DNA of 64,000 nucleotides from Eledone cirrhosa (lineage: Eukaryota). The translations under genes and the position numbers were made by a program. The notes under the pieces are model-generated. The model saw only the letters and a program-made list of their open reading frames with translations. It was not told the origin of the DNA and did not search any database. Positions within the stretch are counted from its first letter, which is position 1. Each line of letters begins with the position of its first letter. Shown here in pieces: positions 1 through 12,429 of the stretch. The DNA lies in assembly GCA_964016885.1 (NCBI GenBank), contig OZ024744.1, positions 126,604,001 through 126,668,000 of the forward strand. Direction: 5' to 3'.

Positions 1-958
1 ATGATTTACCACAGATATCACAGTGATATGGTTTCTCTCCTGTATGTGTGCATTTGTGCCTAGTTAAGGTACTACTATCAGAGTATGATTTACCACAGAT
101 ATCACAGTGATATGGCTTGTCTCCCTTATGTGTGTGTTTGTGTCTAGTTAAGGTACTACTTACAGAGAAAGATTTACCACAGATATCGCAGTGATATGGC
201 TTGTCTCCTGTATGGGTACGTTTGTGTCTAGTTAAGTGACTACTATCAGAGTATGATTTACCACAGATATCACAGTGATATGGCTTGTCTCCTGTATGTA
301 TATGTTTGTGTCTAGTTAAGTGACTACTAACAGAGAATGATTTACCACAGATATCACAGTGATATGGCTTGTCTCCTGTATGTATACGTTTGTGTCTAGT
401 TAAGTGACTACCATCAGAGTATGATATACCACAGATATCACAGTGATATGGCTTGTCTCCCGTATGTGTGCGTTTGTGTCTAGTTAAGTTACTACTTAGA
501 GAGAATGATTTACCACAGATATCACAGTGATATGGCTTGTCTCCCGTATGTGTACGTTTATGTGTAGTTAGGCTACTACTTTGAGAGAATGATTTACCAC
601 AGATATCACAGTGATATGGCATGCCTCCTGTATGGGTAGGTTTGTGATCAGTTAAGCGACTGCTGAGAGAGAATGATTTACCACAGATATCACAGTGATA
701 TGGCTTATGTCCTGTATGGGTACGTATGTGAGAAGTGAAGTCACTACTTCGAGAGAATTATTTACCACGGATATCACAATATGGCTTATCTCCTGTATGT
801 ATAACTTTGTGAGTAGTTAAGGTACTAAGTTTATTAAATGATTTACCAGATATCACAGTGATATGGCTTCTCTTCTCTAACCTTCGTCATCTCACCAGGA
901 ATACTAAACACTTTAGATTGTGTTACACATTTAATCTTCTTTGTCAAATATTTTCCAT
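1..958 (-). pseudogene. C2H2 zinc-finger gene, paralog of 17364-18470, disabled at its 5' end and truncated by the window start
   Basis: About 11 finger repeats at 84-bp spacing (PYHCDICGKSFS..LTRHKRTH). The ATG at 958 matches the paralog's start but reads ATG GAA AAT ATT TGA. Finger 1 has a 2-bp deletion (ATC TG GTAAA). Finger 2 lacks a CAC codon, has C>R and an in-frame TAA. Fingers from about 720 down to 1 read open. Confidence 0.85.
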
Positions 959-1308
959 AATTATTCCTTCTTCAACAGAATATACAGATGTTTTCCTTGT
1001 AATTTTTTTAATATTATATTTCTTATAAAAAATATATCTTCTATATTTCCCTCAACTATATTTCAGTTAATATCTGAAGATAATACAAACTTCTTTTTCA
1101 TCCAAGTTTAGTTAAAATACAAAATCATCTGATAGTGAAGAAAATAAACTCAGTTTTGAGGAAATATTTCACAGTAATATGACGAGAGATTTATATAAAC
1201 AGTGTTATATAAGTTCTGCTTAGAATGTTTTAGTTTTAAAATGATGATAAATAGAGGTGATGTATCCAAGATTGAAAAAAATAATTTATCCCAATGTCAT
1301 CTGGTATT

Positions 1309-1330
1309 CTGAAATAAGAAAGAAACAGTA
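1309..1330 (-). promoter_or_regulatory. 3' splice acceptor of the ZNF coding exon (copy 1)
   Basis: Minus strand reads ctgtttctttcttatttcag|AATACCAG; the same sequence precedes the paralog at 18648-18670. Confidence 0.6.
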
Positions 1331-1659
1331 TGAGATAATACAGAATACTTTAGAAGCAGAGATAGATTTAACAGTGGAAATTTTATATTTCTATATTGGT
1401 AAATTGTAGACTACCTTGAGTAGAAGATTATGGAAGTTAAAGGACCCCATAGCCAGTGACAAATTTAAAAGCCTATTACTTGATGCCTTTGACAATAAGG
1501 AAGATCAATTAGAGACATGCAATATAGAGGAACAGTGGCAATCCTCGAAAGTGAACCTGCTGAAAGCAAGAGTCAGTAGGCACCTCTAACAAAATACACC
1601 CCCACCCCATCCACACCACCCCCTTAAATGTGAAGTTATGTCGGTACCACAACATCCAG

Positions 1660-1927
1660 TCCGAAACAAATGAGGTCGTGTAGGTGTCACGACAAAAAAA
1701 AAAAACACACAGTCCACGCTGTAATGTGGCCGTGTAGATAACACGGTAAAAACCTCCCAGTCCACACTGTAAATGTGGTTGGTGTTAGGAAGGGCATCCA
1801 GCCGTAGAAAACCCACCAGACAGTCCTATATGAGCAAGACAACCATTCTTGCCTCAAGTGGGAAAACTCCCGTCCAAACCCATGCTAGCGTGGAAGATGG
1901 ACGTTAAACGATGATGATGATGATGAT
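1660..1927 (+). mobile_element. SINE body and 3' end with two copies of the 48-bp module and an RTE-like (GAT)n tail
   Basis: gtgtaggtgtcacgacaaaa..cagtccacgctgtaa occurs twice, followed by gttggtgttaggaagggcatccagccgtagaaa and cccatgctagcgtggaagatggacgttaaacg(atg)n. A paralogous copy lies at about 20080-20346. Confidence 0.7.
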
Positions 1928-1929
1928 GT

Positions 1930-2340
1930 ATATATACACTGTGTACAGTATATATAATACCCTATATATGTTGTCCAAGAGAAAGGCTATGGCCGATACA
2001 GCTTGGCACTTGTGACATCACAACATATATATACACTATATATATTATACAGTATATATACACTATATATATGTCGAAGGGAAAGGCAATGCCTGACACA
2101 GCTTGGCACCAGTGACATCACAACATATATATACACTATATATATATATATATATATACATATATACACTGTGTACAATATCTATCATACACTATATATG
2201 TTGTCCAAGGGAAATGTAATGGCTGATACAGCTTGGCACCAGTGACATCACAACATATATATACACCATATATGTTGTTCAAGGGAAAGGCAATGGCTGA
2301 CACAGCTTGGCACCAGTGACATCACAACATATATATGTAA
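1930..2340. repeat. Imperfect tandem repeat of a SINE-tail fragment (acagcttggcaccagtgacatcacaac) with TA-rich spacers
   Basis: Four copies at about 1998, 2098, 2228 and 2302; the same motif flanks 4800 and 5275. Confidence 0.7.
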
Positions 2341-2764
2341 CTTATATCCCAGACATCCATAGATTATTTCTATTCTACAGCTATCTCTCTTCCCCAGTTT
2401 CAAAATGTTCTGTTTACATTATTATTATTATCATTCACTTGTTTCCACAATGTATATACTTCAACCTTGTTTTTGATATAAACCATGTTGGACATTGTCT
2501 CTTTCTCTACAAACTCATCCCTAACCCCCGCCATTACCCCCCCTTTCTCTCACTCATTCATTTCGGTGTTTACGAAGCTAGGTGACCATCTTCGAAATTC
2601 TTGCATACTTGCCTTGTCTAATATGTCTACTTATATCTGCTTATATCCCCCAAATCTCCTGTGATGATATATGTCATGATGGCTACCTATCTCACAATTT
2701 CCCACCCCTCACCATAGGCTATTTGACCAATCAAACCTCAGAAACATGTCCTTACCCATTACTA

Positions 2765-3000
2765 CCCCAACAAACTCTGCCATTACTACTACTGTCCTTC
2801 TAACCGTTACTAGCCCCAACAAACTCTGCCATTACTACTACTGTCCTTCTAGCCCTTACCAGCCCCAACAAACTCTGCCATTACTACTAGTCCTTCTAGA
2901 CCTTACCAGCCCCAACAAACTCTGCTATTATTACTACTGTCCTTCTAGCCCTTACCAGCCCCAACAAACTCTGCCATTACTACTACTGTCCTTCTAGCCC
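2765..3000. repeat. 49-bp minisatellite, about 5 copies
   Basis: ccccaacaaactctgccattactactactgtccttctagcccttaccag starts at 2765, 2814, 2863 and onward. Confidence 0.85.
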
Positions 3001-3119
3001 TGCACCAAAGAATACTTGATTACTGTTATGTAATGGAGGAGCAAAGGATAACTGGAACAACCCCGAATAAATAAATGAATATGAATCCGCGAGTTACCGA
3101 GCACCCATGCGAAGCTTTA

Positions 3120-4500
3120 ATTCAGAGACAGGAAGCATACACACTCCCCTGCAAAAATTCACCCTTTCCCACAAATGATGGCAAATGTCCCAAACTCTGA
3201 GTCGGCAGCATCAACATAAGCACAATGAAAGGAAGGGAAGGAGAAATTATAGACATGCTAGAGTGAAAGGATATTGACGTATGCTGTGTGCAAGAGACTA
3301 GATGGAGAGAAGAGTCCAGTAGAGTCCTTGTAGGCAAAAGTTAGTGCTATAAATTTTTCTGGGTGGGAAATGACAATGGGATGGGTGGTGTAGATATACT
3401 ATTAGCTGACAAATGGGTAGATAAAGTAATAACCACACATATTGTTAACCAGGTAATACTATAGGGTGTCATACCAAAGGATTGGTGCAGCAGCATCATC
3501 GTCAACTGCTACAAGGGTAAAGGAGATGCACTAGATAGAATAAACTATAGATGTATAAAGCTGATGGACCAGGTCATGAAAGTAATGGAAAATGTCATAG
3601 CACAGTTGATCAGGGACTGGGTAAAACTAAGTGAGATGCAGTTTGGGCTTGGGCCAGGAAAAAACACCACTGATGCTCTCTTCCTTGTGAGGCAGTTACA
3701 GGTAAAGTACCTAGCTAAAAGCAAGCCGCTCTACCTGGCTCTTGTCGATATGGAAAAAGTCTTCAACAGAGTGCTCTGTGCTATGATCTGGTGGGCTCTT
3801 AGAAAACTAGCAGTAGATTAGTGGCTTGTGAAAGCTGTACAAGCCATGTATAGGGACATGTTAGTAAAGTTAGGCTTAACAATTACTATAGCGAGGAATT
3901 TAACATACAAGTCGGTGTCTACCAGGGCTCTGTTCTTAGCCTTCTCCTGTTTATAATAGTATTGCAGGCTATAACAGAGGAGTTTAAGACCTGATGCCCA
4001 TAGGAATTGCTATATGTGGATGATCTTACACTTATAGCTGAATCTATGGCAGAACTAAAGAAACAAGCACCACCAAACTCTGGGAGAGCTCTGTAGAAAC
4101 AATAGACAGCTTTTGCTACCTAGGTGACCGAATAAGCAACGGAGATGGGTGTTCTGAAAGTACAGTAACCAGGGTAACAACGGGATTGAAGAGCTACTGC
4201 CACTGCTAGCTGCAAAAGGCTTTTCCCTCAAAATGAAAGGCAGACTGTATCATGCGTGCATATGAACAGCAATGTTACATGGTAGTGAGACCTGGGCGCT
4301 GTTTGTAGAAGACTTGCGTAGATTAGAAAGAAACGAAATTTGCATGCTCCGATGGATGTGTAATAGTAATATACGTGAACGGCAAAGCATTAACAAATTG
4401 AGAGAGAGACTGAGCATAAGAGGAATCAAATGCTGTGTGCAGCAGAGGAGGTTGTGTTGTAGCCCCTGGGTACAAGCCGAAGCACATAGACAATATGCCC
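3120..4500 (+). mobile_element. Degenerate, internally deleted RTE-clade LINE (APE endonuclease start plus RT pieces)
   Basis: Fragments DVCCVQETRW, MQFG..GKNTTDALFLVRQLQ..LALVDMEKVFNRV and MLHGSETWAL..MLRWMCN, with many stops and frameshifts. Confidence 0.85.
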
Positions 4501-4834
4501 CCAACCCCTCCCACTGTAAAGTGGCCATGGAGGTGTCACAATAAAAAAGCACCCATCACTCACTGTGAGGTTGGTGTTAGGAAGGGCATTCAGCTGTAGA
4601 AATCAAGCCAAAATCGGTTCCCATCTAAGCAAGACAAGGTCACCCCACCTGGCACTGCCCACAACAGGACAACCTGTCTAACCCATACTACCGTGGAAGA
4701 AGGGACGTAAAACAGTGATGATGATATACATATATATACACTATATATATTATACAGTATCTATACAAGATATATATGTCCAAGAGAAAGGCTATGGCCG
4801 ATACAGCTTGGGACTAGTAACATCACAACATATA

Positions 4835-5245
4835 TATACTATATATATTATACAGTATATATACACTATATATATTATACAGTATATATATTATACAGAA
4901 TATATACACTATATATATTATACAGTATATATACACTATATATATTATACAGTATATATACACTATATATATTATACAGTATATATACACTATATATATT
5001 ATACAGTATATATACACTATATATATTATACAGTATATATACACTATATATATTATACAGTATATATACACTATATATATTATACAGTATATATACACTA
5101 TATATATTATACAGTATATATACACTATATATATATTATACAGTATATATACACTATATATATATTATACAGTATATATACACTATATATATTATACAGT
5201 ATATATATACACTATATATATTATAGAGTATATATACACTATATA
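4835..5245. repeat. 27-bp TA-rich minisatellite, about 14-15 copies
   Basis: Unit actatatatattatacagtatatatac; explains the 9-aa YIHYIYYTV repeat ORFs. Confidence 0.9.
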
Positions 5246-5254
5246 TATGTCCAA

Positions 5255-5435
5255 GAGAAAGGTTAAGGCCGATACAGCTTGGCACTAGTGACATCACAAC
5301 TCATTTCTACAGCTGAGTAAACTGGAGCAACGTGAAATAAAGTGTCTTGCTCAAGGACACAACACAACACCCTGTCCGAGAAACGAACTCACCACCTTTT
5401 AATTGTAAGCCCAATGCTCTAACCACTAAGCCAGG
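5255..5435 (-). mobile_element. tRNA-derived SINE (same head family as 50833)
   Basis: Minus strand reads ggcttagtggttagagc (A box)..gagttcgtttc (B box)..gtccttgagcaagacactttatttcacgttgctccagt. Related copies lie at about 11260-11400 (+) and 19500-19630 (-). Confidence 0.75.
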
Positions 5436-5859
5436 ATACGTTCCAGAACCAACCGTGATATAGAGAGACCATAAAGACAACCGTTGTTTCCATAGTTTAA
5501 GCCTTAAAATACCTCTCATACATGCTTTAAGTACATATAAACTCATTAATACACACTTTTGTATTTAAACACCAAAAACAGCCAGTAACGATCGTATAGA
5601 AACTACCACCAACCATCATACCACTAGTTACCAATGAGGACCATTGCCAGCCACGGTAGCCACTTGGTAATACACTGCACATCTCCCGTCAATCTATGAA
5701 GGGTTTGTAGTAGATTAGAGCAAAACACAATCAGTAAAACATTAATGGAATGAAAAATATAAACATTTGTTCATACTTAAAGCCTTAAGATGTCCCTTCC
5801 TTACGATATACACTTTAATAACATTGAAATTTATTTAATAAGTTTAAAATTTAAACACT

Positions 5860-6021
5860 TTTTATTCAGACGTACCGCGATAAGAAATTAGATATGTTCT
5901 AACGAATAATCCGCGATGTGGCGAGGATTACCGCGATAGGAAATTAGATACGTTCCAAAGAGATATCCGCGATGTAACGGGACCGCGAAAAGTGAACCGC
6001 GATATAGCGGGGGATTACTGT
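5860..6021 (-). mobile_element. One end of a pogo/Tigger-like DNA transposon
   Basis: Terminus TA|CAGTAATCCCC on the minus strand with repeated accgcgat subterminal motifs; the other TIR was not found. Confidence 0.45.
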
Positions 6022-6074
6022 ATATATACACACACAACATACATCTATCTATATACACTCATAACATATATTTC

Positions 6075-6692
6075 GGCAGTGTCATGGTTTTAGCTGTCAG
6101 AAGTGAAAGTAGGAGAAGGTGACGTCATTCGTCAACCTTCTTAATCCTTTATTTCCGTATCACTATTCCCTTTATTTATGTTTAAGATTTTCTAAGAGAT
6201 ACGTTTACGATGAGATACATTTATTAGAAAATAATATGGGGACCAAATAACCCCGTAATTTTCGAGAGAAACGATAATATACAATTTATTTAACATGTGC
6301 ATTAAAAACTACACTAGCTGTTACAATTGTAATTAACGTGTAAGAACTTAAACGAAAATATAGGTGGCCCTTAAAAGGGCCGGTGTTGAACTTAAATTTG
6401 TTTTCTAATTTGATAACCATGACTCGTTTCAACACCGGCCCTTTTAAGGGCCACCTATATCTTCATTTAAGTCCTTACACGTTAATTACAATTGTAACAG
6501 CTAGTGTAGTTTTTAATGCACCGTTAAATAAGATTGTATATTATCGTTTCTCTCGAAAATTACGGGGTTATTTGGTACCCATAAATAAAATCATAAACAT
6601 AAATAAAGGGAATAGTGATACGGAAATAAAGGATTGAGAAGGTTGACGACTGACGTCACCTTCTTTCTGACAGCTAATACCACGACAGTGCC
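6075..6692. mobile_element. Foldback (palindromic) MITE
   Basis: Arms 6075-6390 and 6427-6692 are inverted copies (ggcagtgtcatgg...ccacgacagtgcc; ggtggcccttaaaagggccggtgttgaa / ttcaacaccggcccttttaagggccacc) around a spacer of about 35 bp. Confidence 0.8.
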
Positions 6693-7050
6693 CTTTATTT
6701 CTATATCTTACATTAAAATGTTGACTGAGGGTGTGACAACTGTTTCTTGTTTGAGGTTGTTCCAGGGGTTGAAATATAGACGGAGGTAATTTAAATAATA
6801 AAGACAGTCATGATAACAATATATTTTATATCACATGTAACAGTGAAATCTGATGATTGAGAAATATCACATCAACATTTCAGTTTGGAAGTTTCTTTTC
6901 TATATATAAAAGTGGAGGAAGAAATATATTTTTCTAATGTTGTTATATATATTTTCACTTGTATATAATTACTGGGTCGTTGTAGGGTTCACATAATTAT
7001 ATTATTTACACACATTAATATAGACATTAAGGAAATCTTTGTCAACTTAC

Positions 7051-7246
7051 CTCCTTCACATATAATCAATGTGTTGTGTTGTTAGTTGTTACTAAACAAC
7101 CAAAGAAATAATCTCTTTGTTATCAAATTAGAAGTTTCAATGTTATCAGCTTTATTTCACATTAACGTTGGTGTATCTTCTTCATCTTTAGTCATAAGTT
7201 GATATCTTGTCAGAATGAAGTAGTGAGGCTGACTTTATGTCTTTAG
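7051..7246 (-). other. Putative non-coding 5' UTR exon of the ZNF gene (copy A)
   Basis: Minus strand: acceptor aatctgtag| and donor GAG|gtaagt; near-identical blocks at 12008-12206 and 25219-25417. Confidence 0.55.
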
Positions 7247-7825
7247 CTACAGATTTGATAGGAAATATACATATATTAGGTTGATATGTGGTCTAAAATA
7301 TATATATTGTCTATAAATGACTGATAGCAGATGTTCTGGTGAAATAGTAGTTTTACTACTACAGATTGTAATGGAACTCTTAGTAGACACAATTGTAAAG
7401 TAAGAATAGATATGACAGTGTAAGACTGATGTCGGGGAATTAAAATTGTATATATATATATATATAATTGTTACACAAGATATAATTAGATTAATTAAAG
7501 TTATAGTAAACAGCAAGTACACGGTGTCGTTGGAAATGATTTAACTCCCTTACCGGTGTCATACGATAACAGTCCCTGATATAATTTAATGTATTCAGAC
7601 ACACTTCCAATCGTATTTAATCCATGGCAAATCAAAAAGTATCACTCAGTAAAATATCAATTATATATCTACGTAGTCTCGTACCCTGCTAGAAATAGCA
7701 GTGAAATTATCCATTACAGATTCTTCTTTAAACTCTTACGTTTAGTTAAACAATCAACACAGCAAGTCTTTTGTTCAGACTTCAGAATAAGCTCGAAAAC
7801 CGCCAGAATATCATTCTTCTTCTTG

Positions 7826-7889
<64 letters not shown>

Positions 7890-9466
7890 GCACACACACC
7901 ATATATACAGGGAAATTCCGTTATAAAGAAATTCATGGAGTATAAAGATAATTCGTTGTAACGCAAATTCTTTATAACCGAATCAAATCGTTTGTTTGTT
8001 GTTCAATTGTATTCTAGCTATGGTGTTTCACATGGAACCTTATATATATAACACAGAGAAGTATAAAGTCCAAGTGAAAATATAAGACAACATATAATCT
8101 GAAAAGAAGGAAAAACAAGTGAAATGAAAGAGAATGTTGAAAGGAAAAGGTAGAAAAGAATCATTGAAATAATTATTCTACAAAGTGTTCTGTCTCATTT
8201 AGAAAGTGTTTTCTATGTTGGCCAGCTAAAATCTTCCCTCACTCAATTGTATCAAGTTAATTAGTTAATTCTAACTTTCCTGTAAAAAATTACTGATTTC
8301 AACAACAACTTTTTGGCTAAAACCACCAACAATGACAAATATGTTTGTTTCGAGAGAAGGAGTGAACACCTCTATGTGGTTACTTGACCTGTTGGATATA
8401 GCAGCCAAATTTCTTTCAGGTCACATACCTTCTTGAATTGGGAAGGGACTGTTTGGTGGGCTGCTTTAAGCCCCAGTTTAAAGTCTATAGGGAACTAAAA
8501 GGGGGTTAGTTCCCTCATGAAATATATATCAGGATTGAGTATCCAAGTTTCATTTTGACATTTTATTCGTAATCACGCGTATATTTATTTCTCCTCCACT
8601 GTTTTTGATACATCTCAAAATTCTGTCTAGGCAGCCGTCGCTGCCGGACGGGTTTTTTTAGGGCTCCCCTTAAGTCAACATAAGCAACACATACAACCAT
8701 GTGCGACTACCCACCAAAAACAAGAAATCAATCACTGAAATATTGACTTAAATAGCCCTTACAAACCTAAGGTAACACATCAAAAAGACTAATTAGCCTT
8801 ACCAGGACGAAAGTTAGGACATTCCACAATGTATTACTCATCTGAACGTTATCTCCATAATTATGTGGTTGGTACCAGTACATCTCTCAACAAGATTTCT
8901 AGTGTTAACCTGGCTTCCACACACTGAAGCATTAACACTGCAGTAACTCAACCACTCTTACAACACGTGGGTTGTATTTACAAGCAAAAGAAAAGAAAAC
9001 ACGGAAGATTAATTCAAATACAAACAAAAAGAAAGATCTATCGCCTTGCTTCTCCATATTTGTATTGAAGATTCTCATCCAACATCTGCTAACACAATAA
9101 GTTAGTTTCAGAAGCCCCAAGTTCGAGCAGTGATTCGGTAATCTTGGTAAAGTTAAACCTACATAAGTAGATATAATTCAGATTAAGGGTCAGACCTGCT
9201 TTTATGAGGTGTAGTAAGAGACAACAATATATGAAAGGAGGAGAAGTGAGAGAGATATAAAGACAAAACTGTGTTAATTCTCTCTCCCCCTCTCTTCTTT
9301 TACTCTATCTACCTCTTATGTCTCCATTTCACTGTTTTATTGTCTTATTTCCTAATTCCACTTAATTCCATTAAATATTAAATCTTGGTCGAAATAAAGA
9401 TTTTCATCTGTGACGATCTGTACAACCAATAATAGTAGGAGTCACGTTACATGATATGTATATATA

Positions 9467-9545
9467 CAGGGTGTCCCTAAAATATGTATACACATTTACA
9501 TAGACTATAGTTGAAGTGTGTATACATTTTGTGGGGGAGACCCTG
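9467..9545. mobile_element. Tiny Tc1/mariner-type MITE
   Basis: TA|cagggtgtccc...gggagaccctg|TA with an inner inverted tgtatacac. Confidence 0.55.
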
Positions 9546-9619
9546 TATATATTTTATATATACATATATATATTAAAAGGTGATTGATATATAACTATAA
9601 ACATATATATATATATATA

Positions 9620-9863
9620 TTTCGTTTCTGAATTTGTTTAGCAAGATTCTTTATCTGAAAACGTGTGTTGAAGCCGATATTGTTATACTTTGGGAGGGTC
9701 ATGTTGCCAATAAGAAACACACGCACCAGTTGTTTCACTTCAATTTATTATAATAAATTTATAAATTTAGGAATTTATAAATTTCCGGTTGGTTGGTTCC
9801 ACAACCAGATGACTGTTTATATATTGTCAAAGTTCTTTCGTCACACATTCTGTGACCTCTTCA
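9620..9863 (-). mobile_element. Diverged Penelope-like pLTR and ORF-start remnant inside (TA)n, with a truncated hammerhead core
   Basis: Minus strand from the ATG at 9702 encodes MTLPKYNNIGFNTRFQIKNLAKQIQKR, homologous to the ORF start at 37180. Upstream it reads TGAAGA-g-gtcaca/tgtgac-GAAA. Confidence 0.8.
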
Positions 9864-11589
9864 TATATATATATTTATATATATTTATATACACTCATAA
9901 TTATGTTTATATATTTATAAATATACATTTATATATATAAAGATATATATTCTCTTACGTGTATACGTCTGAAAATGTATATATGTATGTAAACACATAC
10001 CTAAACATACATGTATACATATAGATGGACAGTTATATATATACAATAACTTATTTCTATACATATATATACCCCAAGTAAGGCATGGTGTTGCCAACTA
10101 ACCAGACCTCCCTCATAATGGACCAGCTAGATCCTAAAATACAGGCCTGCTAGCCAACACACAGTCCCAATAAGTGTAAGTTACAGCGCAGCTATCTGGA
10201 CAGACTTGTCTTAAGACTACTCATTATCCCACTACATCTTTTGTGTACTATATATATACTGTTTATATATATATATATATACACATATAATTGTGCATTC
10301 AAACATTATCCTAGTAATGAAATAATTAATAATTTTAGTAAGTTGTTCAAAATTCTTCATTAACCCTTTTGGTAGAAACCCAGCCAAAATTGGTTCTCGT
10401 TCTTTGGAAATGGTTCCTATCTAAATTAAAGTCTTCCAACGAAATTCTATATAACAACCATATGTTATGTTACTATGTTAGTAATTAACTAACAATTGTG
10501 ATAAATAGCTCATAATTAGTCATAATTATTTGAAGTACGAGGTTCATAATTATAATAAAATCTTCGAACAGGCTACGAAGCCGGGAAACCTGAAAGGTAC
10601 GCAACACACACATCGCTATAGCGTTTCACCAGCCAATTCCTTCCTCAATCATTACATAGATGCGTGTGTATGTAATAATTATTTTGTATTGTGTGTCTGT
10701 TTATGTATATGTATGAGTAGATGTGTATGTAAGTAAAGTGTAACGTACGTTACGAATGGACGACTAAATGATTTTAACTTGTTTTTTAACAATTGATGGT
10801 GGAAAATATTTTAAATTGTCTTAACTCAAACCATAAAGGGCCGCAACAAAGGGAGTCTGACACTCTTACCGGCTACATAGTCTGGGAGTCTATTTTACCG
10901 GGACCGGCTACATAGCTTCTTCCTAACATCTTCCAACATAATTTTATACAAGAACCACATGTTAAGTTACTAATAAAATAATTAATAATTAAAAACTTTA
11001 GTAAATCCTTCCAATGATATCTCAGTAATGAAATAATTAATAATTGTTATAAATACCTCAAAATTCCTCATTAATTAAACCCAAGACAGGTAAAAACTCC
11101 AGAGTCTTTCAGTCGGACATGAAAGAAATTAATTTCTAATAGAAGAAAAGATGTTAAAGTCAGCCAAGGGAGATCACTCTCAGCGACTTATTGTAATTCT
11201 TGTTCGTGAATTAATCCGGATTGTCATTCCTGTGTATTTTATGTGGAGGAAACCGGTTTTAGGCGGTGATAGCACGCATTACATGAACGTATGGTTCGTG
11301 AGTTCGAATCCCAGACGGGTGGTCTGTACGTTGAGGCCTTGAACAAGACACATTATTTCTCATTGTTTTATTTCACCCAACCGGAAAAATAATAAGTTGT
11401 ACCAGTAATTATAGTGGAAACGTTGTTACATAGAATTGAAACACTGAATCTCCCTGAGAACAATGTCAACGGTGTACGTGTCAATGAAATACTCAGACAC
11501 ATTATAATATAAGATGGGTTCTACATGTATTTCAAAGGGAAGCCATGTCATACATCTCGCTGAATCTCCCTGAGAACTACGTATATACT

Positions 11590-11846
11590 AGTGACTATCA
11601 GACATAGTGTATCTAGGACTACATTATCTAATGTACAGGACAGTAGTTAGTATTAGTGGCTATCAGACATAGTATATCTAGGACTACATTATCTAATGTA
11701 CAGTAAAGAAATTAGTATTAATGGCTATCAGACATAGTGTATCTAGGACTACATTATCTAATGTACAGTATAGTGGCTATCAGACATAGTATACCTAGGA
11801 CTACATTATCTAATGTATAGTAAAGCAGTTAGTATTTGTGGCTATC
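11590..11846. repeat. Imperfect 56-69 bp tandem repeat, 4 copies
   Basis: agtggctatcagacatagtgtatctaggactacattatctaatgtacag is repeated. Confidence 0.8.
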
Positions 11847-11859
11847 ATTATTATAGACT

Positions 11860-11970
11860 GAGTTCAAATCCCGCCGAGGTTAACTTTGCCTTTCATCCTT
11901 ACGGGGTCGACAAAATAAAGTACCAGTAATACACTGAGTAATTGCTGGCCTTGTGCCTAAAGTAGAAACA
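11860..11970 (+). mobile_element. 5'-truncated SINE (second family) with a 13-bp TSD
   Basis: gagttcaaatcccgccgaggttaactttgcctttcatccttacggggtcg..., flanked by attattatagact on both sides. Same family at about 15290-15480 (-), 26352-26472, 42410-42600 and 49950-50030. Confidence 0.8.
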
Positions 11971-12007
11971 ATTATTATAGACTTCAAGTAAATCTTTGTC
12001 AACTTAC

Positions 12008-12206
12008 CTCCTTCACATATAATCAATGTGTTGTGTTGTTAGTTGTTACTAAACAACCAAAGAAATAATCTCTTTGTTATCAAATTAGAAGTTTCAATGT
12101 TATCAGCTTTATTTCACGACATTAACGTTGGTGTATCTTCTTCATCTTTAGTCATAAATTGATATCTTGTCAGAATGAAGTAGTGAGGCTGACTTTATGT
12201 CTTTAG
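12008..12206 (-). other. Putative 5' UTR exon (copy B)
   Basis: Same splice-site-bounded block as 7051-7246. Confidence 0.5.
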
Positions 12207-12394
12207 CTACAGATTTGATAGGAAATATATATATTAGGTTGATATGTCTAAAATATATATATTGTCTATAAATGACTGATAGCAGATGTTCTGGTGAAAT
12301 AGTAGTTTTACTACTACAGATTGTAATGGAACTCTTAGTAGACACAATTGTAAAGTAAGAATAGATATGACAGTGTAAGACTGATGTCGGGGTA

Positions 12395-12429
<35 letters not shown>

